The notes: generated by a model not told the origin, from the sequence alone. DNA of 48,027 nt from an uncultured Planctomycetales bacterium (GCA_964542785.1 CAZIUK010000005.1:1-48027), one strand, 5' to 3'; counted from the first letter of the stretch, positions 35,346 to 47,535 are shown. A program made the numbers and translations.

Positions 35346-37154
35346 CTACACCCTTGCAGATTCTAAAACTAATTTACGAAAATTAGAAGTAACATTATCT
35401 TTTAATAAGTCTTCAAGTGGAATGGGGGATTTTAAAGACCAGTTAGATTTAGAGACGGTACCGGGAATATTAATCCTGTATTTATAGGAATCTTCTTTCA
35501 AAAACTCTCCGTAATAGAGTATGTCAAAGATATTATTAATAGCGATAACTGAGTTTACCTTTAGGATAAACCTTAAAATAGCAGAGAAAATTTCGGCATC
35601 ACACTCTTCCCTCATTGGTCCTACCAACCCTAAAATGCCCCAAAGCTTATCCTTCTCCTTAAAGGTATTCTCCCACATATCTACAAAATCTAAGAGATGA
35701 TCTCTTGGAATAAATCTACCTGAGGATAAAATGTCTAATAATTTATCTGCGGAATCAATCTCGTTGCGCCAACGCAACCTTCCATGCCTGCTAAGCAGCG
35801 GGTCAAAAAGCTTACCCTTTCCCCTATCAAAACCAATCCCGCGGTGGTCACAACACTTGCGTATAAAAAGTTCTGCGTCCACCGTCCCTGCCTCATTCTC
35901 CCACCAGGCAGCCCAATTAGTAGTATCATGCGTAGAGAGCATAGCTACGGAAATTTCCCGGTATTCTTTAGCCTCTAAAAATGTGTGCCTATTATGCCAG
36001 TCTTTTACCCAACGCTGGACGTCATTACCGGGAATATTTAACTCCCTTAAAGTATCAATACAAACTTTAGGGATAACCCCTAAATCTTCAGCGCACAAAA
36101 GCATCCTACAGCTATCCTGCATTACCTTTAAAATCTTTCTTCCCTGAGGCCCCCATAGATGCTCTTCCTGAGGATCAAAAAAACCGTTTAAGCCTTGATT
36201 CTCCTGCGGCTCATTATAAGGAATACTCCATATCCTAAAAAGACCAACAACATGATCGATGCGCAAGATATCATAAAAATTCTCTGCGTATCTTAACTTT
36301 TCTTTTAGGTATGTAAACCCATCCCTTTCTATATTATCCCAATTATAAGTAGGCATCCCCCAACGTTGTCCCAAAGAGCAATACATATCTACAGGTGCCC
36401 CCGAAGCAAAATCTAATTTAAAAAACTCAGGATGCGCCCATACATCGCTAGAATCCCTTGAGACTAAAATAGGCAGATCCCCTTTTAACAGTATGCCTTT
36501 TTCTTGAGCGTATCTTCTAACGCCCTTAAATTGCTTACTTAATTGCCACTGTACCCACTCCTCAAATTTTATCTCTTCAGCGTGCCGCTGGCAAAACTTA
36601 TCTAATGCCCCGGTATCTCTGCTCTTATGCTCACTAGCCCAATCATACCAAGCTAACCCATTGTAGAATTTTTTTAACGCCTTGAATAATACAAAGTCAT
36701 CAAGCCAGTAAGCATTCTCCTTTTTAAAATCTGACAGCCCTCTTAGTTCATCTTTCCTTTGCATTAAAAAGATTTGACGCAATATACGTAGCTTTTCTTC
36801 CTTAACCTTATAATCAACATAATCTCTAGTTAAAGGTAAACCATTTTTTAGGCCCTCTATCTGCCTCAAAATAGATTTATCCTTGGGGATAGGTAAACCT
36901 AAAAAAGAGACATAGACAGGCTCTAAGGCAAAAGAACTAAAAGAGTCATACGGGCAAAAAACAGGGCCCATCTCATTCATAGGTAAAAGCTGTAATATTG
37001 AACTACCGGTTTTTTTAACCCAATCAACAGCTAATTTAAGGTCTCTAAAGTCTCCGATTCCAAAACTATCCTTTGAATAAATAGAAAAGAGCGGTATTAA
37101 CACTCCCGCTCTCCTATGACTTAAAATATCTTTATTTTTTGTAAGTTTAGACAT
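35346..37154 (-). CDS. malQ: 4-alpha-glucanotransferase (GH77, amylomaltase)
   Basis: 602 aa. Motifs RIDHVVGLFRIWSIP, AEDLGVIP and STHDT. Confidence 0.9.
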   Translation of the reverse strand: MSKLTKNKDILSHRRAGVLIPLFSIYSKDSFGIGDFRDLKLAVDWVKKTGSSILQLLPMNEMGPVFCPYDSFSSFALEPVYVSFLGLPIPKDKSILRQIEGLKNGLPLTRDYVDYKVKEEKLRILRQIFLMQRKDELRGLSDFKKENAYWLDDFVLFKALKKFYNGLAWYDWASEHKSRDTGALDKFCQRHAEEIKFEEWVQWQLSKQFKGVRRYAQEKGILLKGDLPILVSRDSSDVWAHPEFFKLDFASGAPVDMYCSLGQRWGMPTYNWDNIERDGFTYLKEKLRYAENFYDILRIDHVVGLFRIWSIPYNEPQENQGLNGFFDPQEEHLWGPQGRKILKVMQDSCRMLLCAEDLGVIPKVCIDTLRELNIPGNDVQRWVKDWHNRHTFLEAKEYREISVAMLSTHDTTNWAAWWENEAGTVDAELFIRKCCDHRGIGFDRGKGKLFDPLLSRHGRLRWRNEIDSADKLLDILSSGRFIPRDHLLDFVDMWENTFKEKDKLWGILGLVGPMREECDAEIFSAILRFILKVNSVIAINNIFDILYYGEFLKEDSYKYRINIPGTVSKSNWSLKSPIPLEDLLKDNVTSNFRKLVLESARV

Positions 37155-37161
37155 AATGCTT

Positions 37162-37968
37162 TTAAGGGAACAAAAGGCGCATTATCTTATCTGAATAGAA
37201 TATGGAAAAAAACGCAGCCAAAGATAGAAAAGGGCCATAAGGTATAGTATGGTCCTTCTTTTTTATAAGTATATATACGCCTATAATCGCCCCAAAAAAA
37301 GGGGCCAAAAAGAAAGTTAATAGCGCCCTCTGCCAACCTAAGAAGGCTCCGATCATCCCTAATAATTTTACATCCCCTCCGCCCATAGATTCAGTTTCTC
37401 CTTGTATCGGAGGCTTTTTTAAAAGCTTAAAATATACAAGGTCAAAGAGCCAACCGGTTAAAAAAATTACGCCTGCGCCTATTATTATACCAAACAGGGA
37501 ATTAACCATAGGCTTAAAACTAAAAGAAAAAAGATTTAAATCTACACCTCTTACTGCATTCAAAATAAACCCTACAATCATTCCGCCTAAACTTATCTCA
37601 TCAGGTATTATCCTATGCGGTATATCTATAAAGGTAGCTATAATTAAAGCGCAGGCAAGGACAAAATAAAAAAATAGATCATACCTTAATCCAAAACGGA
37701 TAAACAAAAAAAGAAAAATCAACGCTGTCAAAAACTCTACTAACGGGTAACGCAAAGGAATCTTCTCTTTGCATACGCGGCATCTTCCCTTTAACAGAAT
37801 AAAACTTATAAAAGGTATATTATCATATGCTGGTATACGCTTTTTGCATTTAGGGCAATGGGAGCGCGGCCAGACGACAGATTCTGAATTTGGCATCCGG
37901 TGTATGCAAACATTTAAAAAACTTCCTACTATTGCCCCTAATATAAAAATTATTATATTCGCAATCAT
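37162..37968 (-). CDS. pilD: prepilin peptidase (A24 family)
   Basis: Motifs CPKC...GRCRVC, GGGDVKL and multiple TM helices. The ATG at 37968 is preceded by AGGAGGGGGG, and the listed GTG extension is unlikely. Confidence 0.88.
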   Translation of the reverse strand: MIANIIIFILGAIVGSFLNVCIHRMPNSESVVWPRSHCPKCKKRIPAYDNIPFISFILLKGRCRVCKEKIPLRYPLVEFLTALIFLFLFIRFGLRYDLFFYFVLACALIIATFIDIPHRIIPDEISLGGMIVGFILNAVRGVDLNLFSFSFKPMVNSLFGIIIGAGVIFLTGWLFDLVYFKLLKKPPIQGETESMGGGDVKLLGMIGAFLGWQRALLTFFLAPFFGAIIGVYILIKKKDHTIPYGPFLSLAAFFSIFYSDKIMRLLFP

Positions 37969-37981
37969 ACCCCCCCTCCTC

Positions 37982-38830
37982 TTATTGAATACGTTTAACA
38001 GCACTCTTTAAAGCCGCCTGCATCGCCTTAATCGGAGAGCTCTTTGGACTTAACCATATGTTTAAAGACTCTACCGCCTGATAGAGAAGCATACTTAAAC
38101 CATTAGAGCAGTTGGCCCCTACTTCCTTGGCTGCTTTTAAAAGTTTAGTCTCTTTAGGATTGTATATTAAATCATAAACAAAGATACCTCTATGTAAATC
38201 CTTCCGGTTGATTATAAGAGAATCGGTGGCTTTCATCCCTATGGGAGAAGCGTTAATTAAAAGGTCCTTATCCTTCAACCTCAACTCCTCTATATTTCCA
38301 ACTGCTATAAACTTAGTATTAGGGAATATACGGTTAAATCTTCTCATAAGGCTTAAAGAACGAAAATGGTCAATATCATAAATAACTACTTCTAATGCCC
38401 TGCTTTTCCCTAAGGCAAAGGATATTGCCTTAGATGCTCCACCGGCACCTAATATCCCCACCCTTTTAGGTTTAAGTTTTAGTTCTTTTAAATGCCTTAA
38501 AAATCCTAAATAATCAGTATTAAAAAATTTAAACCTACCTGCCTTATCTACCAAAAGAGTATTTGCCGCGCCTATAGATTTAACCGCGCTATTTACCCTT
38601 ACACAAGGGAGCCGTAAAACCCGCTCCTTGTAAGGTATAGTTATATTTAATCCACGTATATTATTTTTAGCAAGATTTAAGAAAAAGGAAGAAACTTCAT
38701 CTTCTTTTAAAGGAAAGAGTTTATACTTCGCCTTTATCTTCAAATTGACAAAGGCGGCATTATGCATAAAAGCAGACAAACTATGTTTTAAGGGGTATCC
38801 TATCAAACCAAAGGTGATGCCCTTAGTCAT
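37982..38830 (-). CDS. aroE: shikimate dehydrogenase
   Basis: 282 aa. Motifs GLIGYPLKHSLSAFMHNAAF and GAGGASKA. Confidence 0.9.
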   Translation of the reverse strand: MTKGITFGLIGYPLKHSLSAFMHNAAFVNLKIKAKYKLFPLKEDEVSSFFLNLAKNNIRGLNITIPYKERVLRLPCVRVNSAVKSIGAANTLLVDKAGRFKFFNTDYLGFLRHLKELKLKPKRVGILGAGGASKAISFALGKSRALEVVIYDIDHFRSLSLMRRFNRIFPNTKFIAVGNIEELRLKDKDLLINASPIGMKATDSLIINRKDLHRGIFVYDLIYNPKETKLLKAAKEVGANCSNGLSMLLYQAVESLNIWLSPKSSPIKAMQAALKSAVKRIQ

Positions 38831-40332
38831 TTAAGCTCTAACCTATTGACGGCATCTAAATACGCCCTGATAGCCGCTTCAATGATATCGGTACTTGCCC
38901 CGCGCCCAACTAAAACCTTATCTTTAATCTTAAGCTTTAGACTAACTTGCCCTAGGGCGTCCTTACCTGAGGTAACTGCCTCAAGCCTAAAATCTTTAAG
39001 CCTTGCGTTGTAACCAATTATATTATCTAACGCTTTAAAGACTGCGTCCACCGGGCCGTCTCCAAAAGAAAAACCCATCAACAGCTTATCTTTTTTATTT
39101 AGATGAATTGTGGCTTTAGGTTTAATCTTAGACCCTGAATTAACCTCAAAACTTACCAGCTCCCACAAAGGCTTAATTACCCTTATCTCATCTTCTACTA
39201 TGGCCCTTAGGTCATCATCAAAGATATCCTTTTTCTTATCGGCAACCTCTTTAAAACGCACAAAGGCCTTATTTAATTTCTCCTCTTTAAGGTTATAACC
39301 AAGGACTTTTAACCTATCCCTAAAAGCATGCCTACCTGAGTGTTTCCCTAAAATTAACTGGTTAGAAGTTACCCCAACGTCCTTAGGGTTCATAATCTCA
39401 TAGGTTATACGCTTTTTCAATACCGCATCCTGATGTATCCCTGATTCATGAGAAAAAGCATTCCTACCTACTATCGCCTTATTAGGAGGAACAATAAAAT
39501 CCGTAAGGTTGCTTATCATCCGCGAAGATTTAAATATCTCCTTTGTCTTTATATCCGTATAAAGGGGTCCAAAAACATCTTTACGGGTCTTTATCGCCAT
39601 GACTATCTCTTCTAGAGAAGCATTCCCTGCCCGCTCGCCAATGCCATTAATAGTACAATGCACTTGGCGCGCCCCGGCTAATACGCCTGAAAGAGAATTT
39701 GCAACAGCCATGCCTAAATCATCATGGCAATGCACTGATATAACTGTTTTATTAATATTAGGCACATTATTCTTAATATCCTCAATCAAAGAGTAAAGCT
39801 CCTGAGGATAGGTGTAGCCGGTAGTATCCGGAATATTTATCGTCCGCACCCCTTCTTTAACGACTCCTTCTATAATCCGGTATAAAAAATCCCTCTCTGA
39901 CCGAGTAGCATCTTCAGGAGAAAACTCTATATCAGAACAGAGCCTTCTGCCTAATTTAGTAGCCTTTAAAGCAATCCTTAATATCTCATCCTCTGCCTTT
40001 TTGAATTTATATTTAAGATGAATTTTGGATGTCGCCATAAAAATATGCAGGCGCGGCCTTCGTGCCGGTTTGATTGCCTTGCATGCCGCTTCAATATCCG
40101 GCTTTAAACAGCGCGCCAAAGCACAGATCCCACACCCCTTAATGGATTTAGATATATTCAATACCCCCTTAAAATCTCCGGGTGAAGCAATAGGAAAACC
40201 CGCTTCTATAAAGTCAACTCCAAGCCTTTCAAGTTGAAAAGCTGCTTCTAACTTTTCTTGGTCAGTTAATGAACCTCCCGGAGCCTGCTCCCCATCCCTT
40301 AAAGTAGTATCAAATATAAATATCTTATTCAT
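38827..40332 (-). CDS. leuA: 2-isopropylmalate synthase (citramalate synthase not excluded)
   Basis: 501 aa. Motifs [21 protein letters not shown] and a C-terminal LeuA dimerisation/regulatory domain. Confidence 0.85.
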   Translation of the reverse strand: MNKIFIFDTTLRDGEQAPGGSLTDQEKLEAAFQLERLGVDFIEAGFPIASPGDFKGVLNISKSIKGCGICALARCLKPDIEAACKAIKPARRPRLHIFMATSKIHLKYKFKKAEDEILRIALKATKLGRRLCSDIEFSPEDATRSERDFLYRIIEGVVKEGVRTINIPDTTGYTYPQELYSLIEDIKNNVPNINKTVISVHCHDDLGMAVANSLSGVLAGARQVHCTINGIGERAGNASLEEIVMAIKTRKDVFGPLYTDIKTKEIFKSSRMISNLTDFIVPPNKAIVGRNAFSHESGIHQDAVLKKRITYEIMNPKDVGVTSNQLILGKHSGRHAFRDRLKVLGYNLKEEKLNKAFVRFKEVADKKKDIFDDDLRAIVEDEIRVIKPLWELVSFEVNSGSKIKPKATIHLNKKDKLLMGFSFGDGPVDAVFKALDNIIGYNARLKDFRLEAVTSGKDALGQVSLKLKIKDKVLVGRGASTDIIEAAIRAYLDAVNRLELK

Positions 40333-40350
40333 CTTGAGTTTTTCATCTTA

Positions 40351-41343
40351 TTACTTTTTCATCCAGGGCATCATCTCTCTAAGCTCTTTGCCTATCTTTT
40401 CAATTAAATGATTGTCCCCTTCAGAAAGAAGTTTATTGTAATTAGGCCTGCCCTCCTCATTCTCCCTAATCCACTCCTTGGCAAATTTTCCACTCTTTAT
40501 CTCCTTCAATATCTTCTTCATCTCTTTTCTAGTTTTAGGAGTAATGATCCTTGGCCCGCGGGTTATATCACCATAGCAAGCGGTATTAGAGACACCCCTG
40601 CGCATCCCGGTTATGCCGCGCTCCTGAATCAAATCGGTAATTAATTTTAACTCATGCAAGACTTCAAAATAAGCAATCTCCGGTTGATAACCTGCTTCTA
40701 TTAAAGTATCGAATCCTGCTTTAATAAGCTCACTTACCCCTCCGCAGAGGACTGCCTGCTCGCCAAAAAGGTCTGTCTCAGTCTCCTCTTCAAAGGTTGT
40801 CTCAATAACACCAGCAGTTGTCGCCTTAATCGCTTTAGCATAGGCAAGCGCTAACTGCTTTGCCTCGCCCGTTGCATCTTGATATATAGCAATCAAAGAC
40901 GGAACACCCTTACCCTCTTCGTACATCTTTCTTACCAAAGCCCCAGGGCCTTTAGGAGCAACCATAAAAACATCAACATTCTTAGGGGGCTTAATCTGCT
41001 TATAACGGATATTAAACCCGTGAGAAAAACATAACGCTTTACCTTTCTTTAAATTAGGTTTTATCGCCTCATTATAAACCTTTGCCTGTACATGATCTTG
41101 CGTTAATACCTGAATAATATCCGCTCCCTTTGCGGCATCGGAAGCCAAGAGAGGAGTAAACCCATCTCTCTTTGCCTGCTGAAAATTATAAGTACCTCCC
41201 ATCTCAGAAATAATCACCCTTACCCCTGAATCACGCAAGCATAAAGACTGTCCTCTCCCCTGCGTCCCGTAACCTATAATCGCAATGGTCTTATCACTTA
41301 ACAAATTAAGGTCCGCATCATTATCATAATAAATCTTAGCCAT
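40351..41343 (-). CDS. ilvC: ketol-acid reductoisomerase, class I
   Basis: 330 aa. Motifs [17 protein letters not shown] and FSHGFNI. Confidence 0.95.
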   Translation of the reverse strand: MAKIYYDNDADLNLLSDKTIAIIGYGTQGRGQSLCLRDSGVRVIISEMGGTYNFQQAKRDGFTPLLASDAAKGADIIQVLTQDHVQAKVYNEAIKPNLKKGKALCFSHGFNIRYKQIKPPKNVDVFMVAPKGPGALVRKMYEEGKGVPSLIAIYQDATGEAKQLALAYAKAIKATTAGVIETTFEEETETDLFGEQAVLCGGVSELIKAGFDTLIEAGYQPEIAYFEVLHELKLITDLIQERGITGMRRGVSNTACYGDITRGPRIITPKTRKEMKKILKEIKSGKFAKEWIRENEEGRPNYNKLLSEGDNHLIEKIGKELREMMPWMKK

Positions 41344-41367
41344 CTCTTAACTCCTCCTTTTCTTTTA

Positions 41368-41841
41368 TTAGTTGCTTATAGCTAATTTACCTGTCCTGAT
41401 CAACTCCTTAATTCCAAACCTATCCAACTCCTCAAGGAGTAATTTTATCTGAGCCTGAGCGCCTACTGCCTCTATTATCGCTGTATCATCTTTGTAAAGT
41501 ATAACCTTTCCTATGTATTTACGAAAAATAGATTCCAGCCTCTCCTTATCTTGCGGCTTATATTTTACCTTTACCAAGATAAGTTCCCGGTCTATATGCT
41601 CTTTCTTAGTAAAGTCAGTTACCGTAATAACATCTATTAATTTATTCAACTGCTTCTTTATCTGCTCTAAAACCTTTGCATCCTTAGCATCAACGACTAA
41701 AGTCATATATGAAATCGTAGGATCCAATGTCTCAGAGACAGCTAAAGAAACAATATTATATCCGCGCGCGCTAAAAAGTCCTGCAATGCGCGCTAATACT
41801 CCAAACTTATTCTCTACTAAAACTGAAATTGTATGTTTCAT
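41368..41841 (-). CDS. ilvH: acetolactate synthase small (regulatory) subunit
   Basis: 157 aa. ACT domain ISVLVENKFGVLARIAGLFSARGYNI. Confidence 0.92.
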   Translation of the reverse strand: MKHTISVLVENKFGVLARIAGLFSARGYNIVSLAVSETLDPTISYMTLVVDAKDAKVLEQIKKQLNKLIDVITVTDFTKKEHIDRELILVKVKYKPQDKERLESIFRKYIGKVILYKDDTAIIEAVGAQAQIKLLLEELDRFGIKELIRTGKLAISN

Positions 41842-41845
41842 AAAC

Positions 41846-43519
41846 TTACGCTAAACCATCAATCATCTTATCAATCGCCTGTCCCGCAGGGACCATAGGC
41901 CAAACATTCTCTTCAGGATCTATAATAAACTCAACAAAAACAGTATTATCTATCTCTATCGCCTTCCTGATAGCTCCCCTTACCTCTTCTTTTTTAGTAA
42001 TACGCATCCCTACTGCGCCGTAGCTCTCTGCTAATTTTACAAAATCCGGGCTGATGATAGGAGTATAGGAGTAGCGTTTCTTGTAAAATAACTCCTGCCA
42101 TTGCCTTACCATACCTAAATACCCATTATTAAAAATTAGTGTTTTTACATTTATCTTATTCTCAACACAGGTAGCTAACTCCTGAATATTCATTTGTATA
42201 GAGCCATCTCCAGCAATATTAAAGACCTCCTTGTCCGGCGAGCCTAACTTTGCTCCCATGGCCGCAGGAAGGCCAAACCCCATAGTTCCTAACCCGCCGC
42301 TTGAAATCCAGGTGCGCGGGTTTAAGTGGTTATACCACTGGCATGCCCACATCTGGCTTTGCCCTACCTCAGTACAAAGGATAGCGTCTCCTTTGGTTAT
42401 CTGCCAAAGCTCTTCTAGTATATACTGCGGTTTAATCCGGCTACCCTCTTTCTTATAGGCCAGCGGATATTTCTTCTTCCAGGCATCAATTGTTTTAAGC
42501 CAAGCAGTTGTATCCGGAAGTTTCTTAATATCCTCTAAAAACTCCTCTAATATATTCTTAGCATCTCCAACTATAGGAATATCAACTTTAACATTTTTAC
42601 TAATTGAAGAGGGATCAATATCTATATGTATAATCTTTGCATGAGGCGCAAAATGGTCTAACCTACCCGTTACCCGATCATCAAAACGAGCGCCTATGGC
42701 AATAATTAAATCCGACTCCATAACCGCATGGTTTGCATAAGCTGTCCCGTGCATGCCGAGCATGCCTAAAGAAAGATTATCTGTTGCCGGAAAAGACCCT
42801 AACCCCATAAAAGTAGTTGTTACCGGAATCTGCGTCTTTTCTGCTAATGCCCTTAAAGCCATACTCGCCCCTGAAGAGATAACCCCTCCTCCAGCATAAA
42901 TAATCGGCTTTTTAGATAAAGAGAGAAGCTTGGCTGCTTTTTTAATCTGCCCTGGATGCCCAAAGTAAGTCGGTTGATAACTACGGAGTTTAACCTGCTC
43001 AGGCCAGATAAAATCCGCCTCTGCCCTTTGAATATCTAATGGGATATCAATAAGAACCGGACCGGGCCTTCCGCTTGAGGCAATATAAAAAGCCTCGGCA
43101 ATAGTGCGCGCTAAATCTTTTACATCTTTTACTAAAAAATTATGCTTTGTTATCGGCCGGGTAATACCTGTTACATCCGCCTCCTGAAAAGCGTCATTAC
43201 CAATTAGATGCGTGCCTACCTGCCCGGTTAAGGCAACTAAAGGCACAGAATCCATATACGCATTTGCTATACCGGTGACTAAATTAGTAGCCCCCGGGCC
43301 TGAGGTAGCTAGGCATACACCTACCTTACTAGTTGCGCGCGCGTATCCGTCGGCAGCATGCGCAGCCCCTTGCTCATGACGGGTAAGTATAAACCTTATA
43401 TCAAAATCATAGAGGACATCAAAGATAGGCAGGACAGCCCCCCCCGGATATCCAAAAATAACCTCCACACCTGCTTTCTTCAAAGACTCTAATAGTATCC
43501 TTGCGCCCTTCATCTTCAT
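41846..43519 (-). CDS. ilvB: acetolactate synthase large subunit
   Basis: 557 aa. TPP enzyme motifs including [12 protein letters not shown]. Confidence 0.93.
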   Translation of the reverse strand: MKMKGARILLESLKKAGVEVIFGYPGGAVLPIFDVLYDFDIRFILTRHEQGAAHAADGYARATSKVGVCLATSGPGATNLVTGIANAYMDSVPLVALTGQVGTHLIGNDAFQEADVTGITRPITKHNFLVKDVKDLARTIAEAFYIASSGRPGPVLIDIPLDIQRAEADFIWPEQVKLRSYQPTYFGHPGQIKKAAKLLSLSKKPIIYAGGGVISSGASMALRALAEKTQIPVTTTFMGLGSFPATDNLSLGMLGMHGTAYANHAVMESDLIIAIGARFDDRVTGRLDHFAPHAKIIHIDIDPSSISKNVKVDIPIVGDAKNILEEFLEDIKKLPDTTAWLKTIDAWKKKYPLAYKKEGSRIKPQYILEELWQITKGDAILCTEVGQSQMWACQWYNHLNPRTWISSGGLGTMGFGLPAAMGAKLGSPDKEVFNIAGDGSIQMNIQELATCVENKINVKTLIFNNGYLGMVRQWQELFYKKRYSYTPIISPDFVKLAESYGAVGMRITKKEEVRGAIRKAIEIDNTVFVEFIIDPEENVWPMVPAGQAIDKMIDGLA

Positions 43520-43529
43520 ATTTACTCAA

Positions 43530-45182
43530 TTATTCTAAAACCGCTCCTTTATCTGCAGAAGTAACTAACCTTAAATAACGCCAAAGGTAACCTGACTTAA
43601 TCTTTGGGCTAACCGGCTTCCAACCCTTAAATCTCTTTTCTATCTCTTGCTTGCTTAATTTAGCATTAAGTTTGCGGTTAGGTATATCTATCTCAACTAT
43701 ATCTCCGTCTTTTAATATTGCTATTGGCCCGGCAGCTGAAGCTTCCGGAGAGATATGCCCTATACAAGGACCCTTAGTCCCCCCGGAGAATCTTCCATCG
43801 GTGATTAAGGCTACGGAGTCAGCTAAACCTAATCCTACTATTGAAGCAGTTGGTGCAAGCATCTCGCGCATCCCAGGCCCTCCTGCAGGGCCTTCATAAC
43901 GGATAACAACACAATCCCCCGCCTTAATCTTTCTATTCATAATTGCCTTCATCGCCTCTTCTTCACGGTTAAAGACCCGGCAACGCCCGGTAAACTTCAT
44001 CATCTTATCACTCACGCCTGATTGTTTTACTACTGCTCCCTTAGGGGCAATATTCCCATAAAGAACTGCTATCCCCCCTTGTTTATGGTAAGCTTTATTT
44101 AATGGCCTGATAACATCATCATCAAAGATTATCGCCCTATCAGCAATATCAAAGGTCTTATCTGCGCTTACATTTAGGGTATTATTAAGTTTTGATTTTA
44201 ATCTCTTTAATACTGCCGGGATACCCCCTGCATACTCAACATCCTCCATAAAATACGTTCCTGCAGGCTCAATATTAGCGATGTGCGGAACACTCTTACT
44301 TATCCTATCAAATGTCTTAAGGTCAAGGTCAATGCCTGCCTCATGCGCTATTGCCATAAGATGTAGGACCGTATTAGTAGAGCCCCCTAATCCCATATCC
44401 ACCACAATGGCATTCTCTAAGGATTCTTTGGTAATGATATCCCTAGGGCGGATATTTCTTCTTACTAGCTCTACTATTCTTTCTCCGCTAGCCTCTGCAA
44501 TCCTTCTTTTTTTAGCGGATATAGCAAGAGCAGTTCCGCAACCAGGTATGGACATGCCCATAGTCTCAGTAAGGCAAGCCATAGTGTTTGCGGTATATAG
44601 GCCTTGGCAAGAACCCTGCCCCGGGCAAGCCTCAAGCTCAATGCAGGATAACTCCCTCATTGAGATATCCCCTTTCTTAGCCCTAGCCATGCCTTCGTAT
44701 GTATCATGAACAAAGGCGAGTTTCCTCTTATTGAACCTTCCTGAGATCATTGGTCCGGCTGTGACAATTATCGCCGGGATATTAAGCCGCGCAACCCCCA
44801 TAAGCATCCCCGGGGTAATCTTATCGCAATTAGTCAAACAAACAATGCCATCAAGTTGATGCGCATTACAAACAGTCTCTATAGTATCAGCTACTATTTC
44901 ACGCAAGGCCATAGGATAACACATCCCCAGATGCCCCATGGCAATACCATCACATACACCGGGGACGCCAAAAAAGAAAGGAGTCCCTGCGCCATAGCAT
45001 ATACCGCGCTCAATAAACCTCTCTAAATCGCGCATACCCACATGGCCTGGGATAAGGTCAGTAAAAGAAGTAGCTACTCCTATGAAGGGCCTGTCTAAAC
45101 TCTTCCTAGAAAGCCCTGTACCGTGCAATAGCGCCCTGTGTGGCGCTCTCTCTAAACCTTTTTTAACTTTATCCGAACGCAT
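43530..45182 (-). CDS. ilvD: dihydroxy-acid dehydratase
   Basis: 550 aa. Motifs [10 protein letters not shown] and TDGRFSGGT. Confidence 0.95.
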   Translation of the reverse strand: MRSDKVKKGLERAPHRALLHGTGLSRKSLDRPFIGVATSFTDLIPGHVGMRDLERFIERGICYGAGTPFFFGVPGVCDGIAMGHLGMCYPMALREIVADTIETVCNAHQLDGIVCLTNCDKITPGMLMGVARLNIPAIIVTAGPMISGRFNKRKLAFVHDTYEGMARAKKGDISMRELSCIELEACPGQGSCQGLYTANTMACLTETMGMSIPGCGTALAISAKKRRIAEASGERIVELVRRNIRPRDIITKESLENAIVVDMGLGGSTNTVLHLMAIAHEAGIDLDLKTFDRISKSVPHIANIEPAGTYFMEDVEYAGGIPAVLKRLKSKLNNTLNVSADKTFDIADRAIIFDDDVIRPLNKAYHKQGGIAVLYGNIAPKGAVVKQSGVSDKMMKFTGRCRVFNREEEAMKAIMNRKIKAGDCVVIRYEGPAGGPGMREMLAPTASIVGLGLADSVALITDGRFSGGTKGPCIGHISPEASAAGPIAILKDGDIVEIDIPNRKLNAKLSKQEIEKRFKGWKPVSPKIKSGYLWRYLRLVTSADKGAVLE

Positions 45183-45183
45183 A

Positions 45184-46506
45184 TTAATCCGCTCCTTCTC
45201 CGTCGTGGACTACCTCTTTTGCGCTTCTTTTACGTAGAATAACGCGTTTTAATGTAATATATTTATCCACTATATCCTTGTTATTAACCGTATCCAGTTG
45301 TTTAAAGAGAAAATCAAACTTCCCCTCAATTTCAGCAGCAATTGCATCGCGCGTCTCTTGCGATAATCCCATAATCTCCTTCTTAAAAGGACCTAAGGCC
45401 TTTTTACGAGTCTTATAGAAAAACTGTTCATCTGTCTCGCCTTCTTTTCTTTCAGAGGCAAGATTAACCTTAAGCCAGTCATAAATTCTGTTTTTAAGCT
45501 CTACAGGAAAGTGCCTGCTTTCAAACATCATATTTTGAAACCCTGTTGCTAAATGCACCTCTAATGTATCATTCTGCGGAAACTTATGGAACATATCTTC
45601 CGGTAAGGTAGAAGCGCCATGCTGAACTGCTCCGCCTAAACCAAACTCTTCTTTGGCTATATTAGATATTCTTTTTAAGGTATCAAAATCTAAATTTACT
45701 TCGGCGATGCTTCCATCAGCCATCACAACCCCTCCGTGAGAAGTTCCGGTTTGAATTGAAATCTTGCTGATGCCGGCTAACCCCTTACGCAACCTTTCAT
45801 TAAACCCTTGCATAAATGAACGTAACTCTTCAGGAGTGGAGTTAGAATGTCCTACCTCGCCGATCTCCCCTCCAACTGAAACAGTAATCCCCTTTGGTTC
45901 TATCCTACGGATAAATTGCGTAAGCTTAGCGCACGCCTCATAATTATCCTTCTGCTGTTTCTTAACATCCCCCTTGGATAGATCCACCAAAGTAGAAGAA
46001 TCTATATCAATGTTATAAAAACCATTTTCAACTGCATCAGCAATTAAATCCTGTAAAACCTCAAGCTCCTTTTTAGCATCCTCTTTGTATTTTTTTAAAT
46101 TTACCTGCGTATGGTCTGCCTGAATAAATACCGGGCCCTGCCACTCCTCCTTTATCGCAGCTGCCAATATAACCCCGGTAAACTCCACCGGAGGCTGTGC
46201 AGTATATCCCATCTCAGACTTTGCGATTTCAAAGATAAACGCTGCGCTGTTATTCTTTTTTGCCGTCCTAAATATCGCCCGCGCTAAATCATAGGTCATA
46301 CTTCTTAGGTTTATCGCCGGAACAGTAAAACCAGACACCTCTTTTTTCCCAAATGCTACATACAACTGGTGTATGCTCGCAGGATAAATACCCTTTTTAT
46401 AGGCTAAATTTAATATCTTCTTAGACAACTCCTTTTTTAACAATACCTCATCGCTAAAAATTAACTCCAGCGCAAGCTTATCAATACTTAAAGGCTTTCT
46501 TCCCAT
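45184..46506 (-). CDS. fba: class II fructose-bisphosphate aldolase family protein, long (440-aa) form
   Basis: Motifs FIQADH and IQTGTSHGG (metal-binding His). Lies directly downstream of pfkA. The subfamily is uncertain. Confidence 0.7.
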   Translation of the reverse strand: MGRKPLSIDKLALELIFSDEVLLKKELSKKILNLAYKKGIYPASIHQLYVAFGKKEVSGFTVPAINLRSMTYDLARAIFRTAKKNNSAAFIFEIAKSEMGYTAQPPVEFTGVILAAAIKEEWQGPVFIQADHTQVNLKKYKEDAKKELEVLQDLIADAVENGFYNIDIDSSTLVDLSKGDVKKQQKDNYEACAKLTQFIRRIEPKGITVSVGGEIGEVGHSNSTPEELRSFMQGFNERLRKGLAGISKISIQTGTSHGGVVMADGSIAEVNLDFDTLKRISNIAKEEFGLGGAVQHGASTLPEDMFHKFPQNDTLEVHLATGFQNMMFESRHFPVELKNRIYDWLKVNLASERKEGETDEQFFYKTRKKALGPFKKEIMGLSQETRDAIAAEIEGKFDFLFKQLDTVNNKDIVDKYITLKRVILRKRSAKEVVHDGEGAD

Positions 46507-46534
46507 CTTTACTAGCTACTCCTTTCGTTCTTTT

Positions 46535-47494
46535 TTAAATAAGGGACTTAATTAAATTATACCAGTATTCTGCCCTTATCTCTTTTTTCTTTATCGCCTC
46601 TATAAAACTAACTTCGCTTATCCTACCACAGCACAACCCAACAGCCAAATCTTTTTTTCCTTCTAATAAGGCTAAGACCGCAGATTCCCCAAGTCTTAAG
46701 GCTAAATCACGGCTAAAGGCAGTTGGCCTCCCACCTCTTTGCACATGGCCTAATACTACCGCGCGTGTCTCTAAAGAAGTCTTTTCAGTTATCTTTTTAG
46801 CAATCTCGCCAGCGCTCCCAGCGCCCTCTGCTACAACTATAATCCAACTTACCTTTCCACGGATATTCCCTTGGACTATATCATCACAAATCCTCTCCCA
46901 ATCAGGTTTTAGCTCCGGAATAATAACATCCTCGCACCCCCCGGCTAAAGCAACAGAAAGGGCGATAAACCCTGAGTCTCTACCCATAACCTCAATCACA
47001 AATATCCTCTCCATGCTAGTTGCGGTATCGCGTATATTATCAATTGCATCAAGCGCGGTGTTAATAGCTGTATCAGAGCCTATGGTAAAGTCAATCCCGC
47101 TTATATCATTATCAATGGAGGCGGGTATGCCTATACAAGGGATATTATAAGCAGTCCCAAAGTTATGCGCAGCAGTAAAGCTTCCATTTCCTCCTATAAC
47201 GATCATCCCCTCAATAGAATATTTCTTTAAAGTATTAAAGGCACGCTCCTGGTACTCTTTCTTTGAAAACTCAGGACAACGGCCTGTTTTAAGTATTGTC
47301 CCGCCTTGGCTGATAATGCCGGAGACAGAATGATGCCCAAGCTCTCTTAGCTCCTCATTAATCAAGCCCCACCACCCGCGCATCACCCCGAACACCTTTA
47401 AACCCCTTAAAATGCCAAAGCGTACTACAGAACGTATCGCCGGGTTCATTCCCGGAGCATCCCCTCCCGTAGTTAATACTACTATATTTTTCAT
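46535..47494 (-). CDS. pfkA: 6-phosphofructokinase (PfkA family)
   Basis: 319 aa. Motifs LTTGGDAPGMN, IPASIDND and MGR. Confidence 0.9.
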   Translation of the reverse strand: MKNIVVLTTGGDAPGMNPAIRSVVRFGILRGLKVFGVMRGWWGLINEELRELGHHSVSGIISQGGTILKTGRCPEFSKKEYQERAFNTLKKYSIEGMIVIGGNGSFTAAHNFGTAYNIPCIGIPASIDNDISGIDFTIGSDTAINTALDAIDNIRDTATSMERIFVIEVMGRDSGFIALSVALAGGCEDVIIPELKPDWERICDDIVQGNIRGKVSWIIVVAEGAGSAGEIAKKITEKTSLETRAVVLGHVQRGGRPTAFSRDLALRLGESAVLALLEGKKDLAVGLCCGRISEVSFIEAIKKKEIRAEYWYNLIKSLI

Positions 47495-47535
47495 CTTCCC
47501 CCTAACCCCTTAGCTGCTGGCTACAAAATACTACC

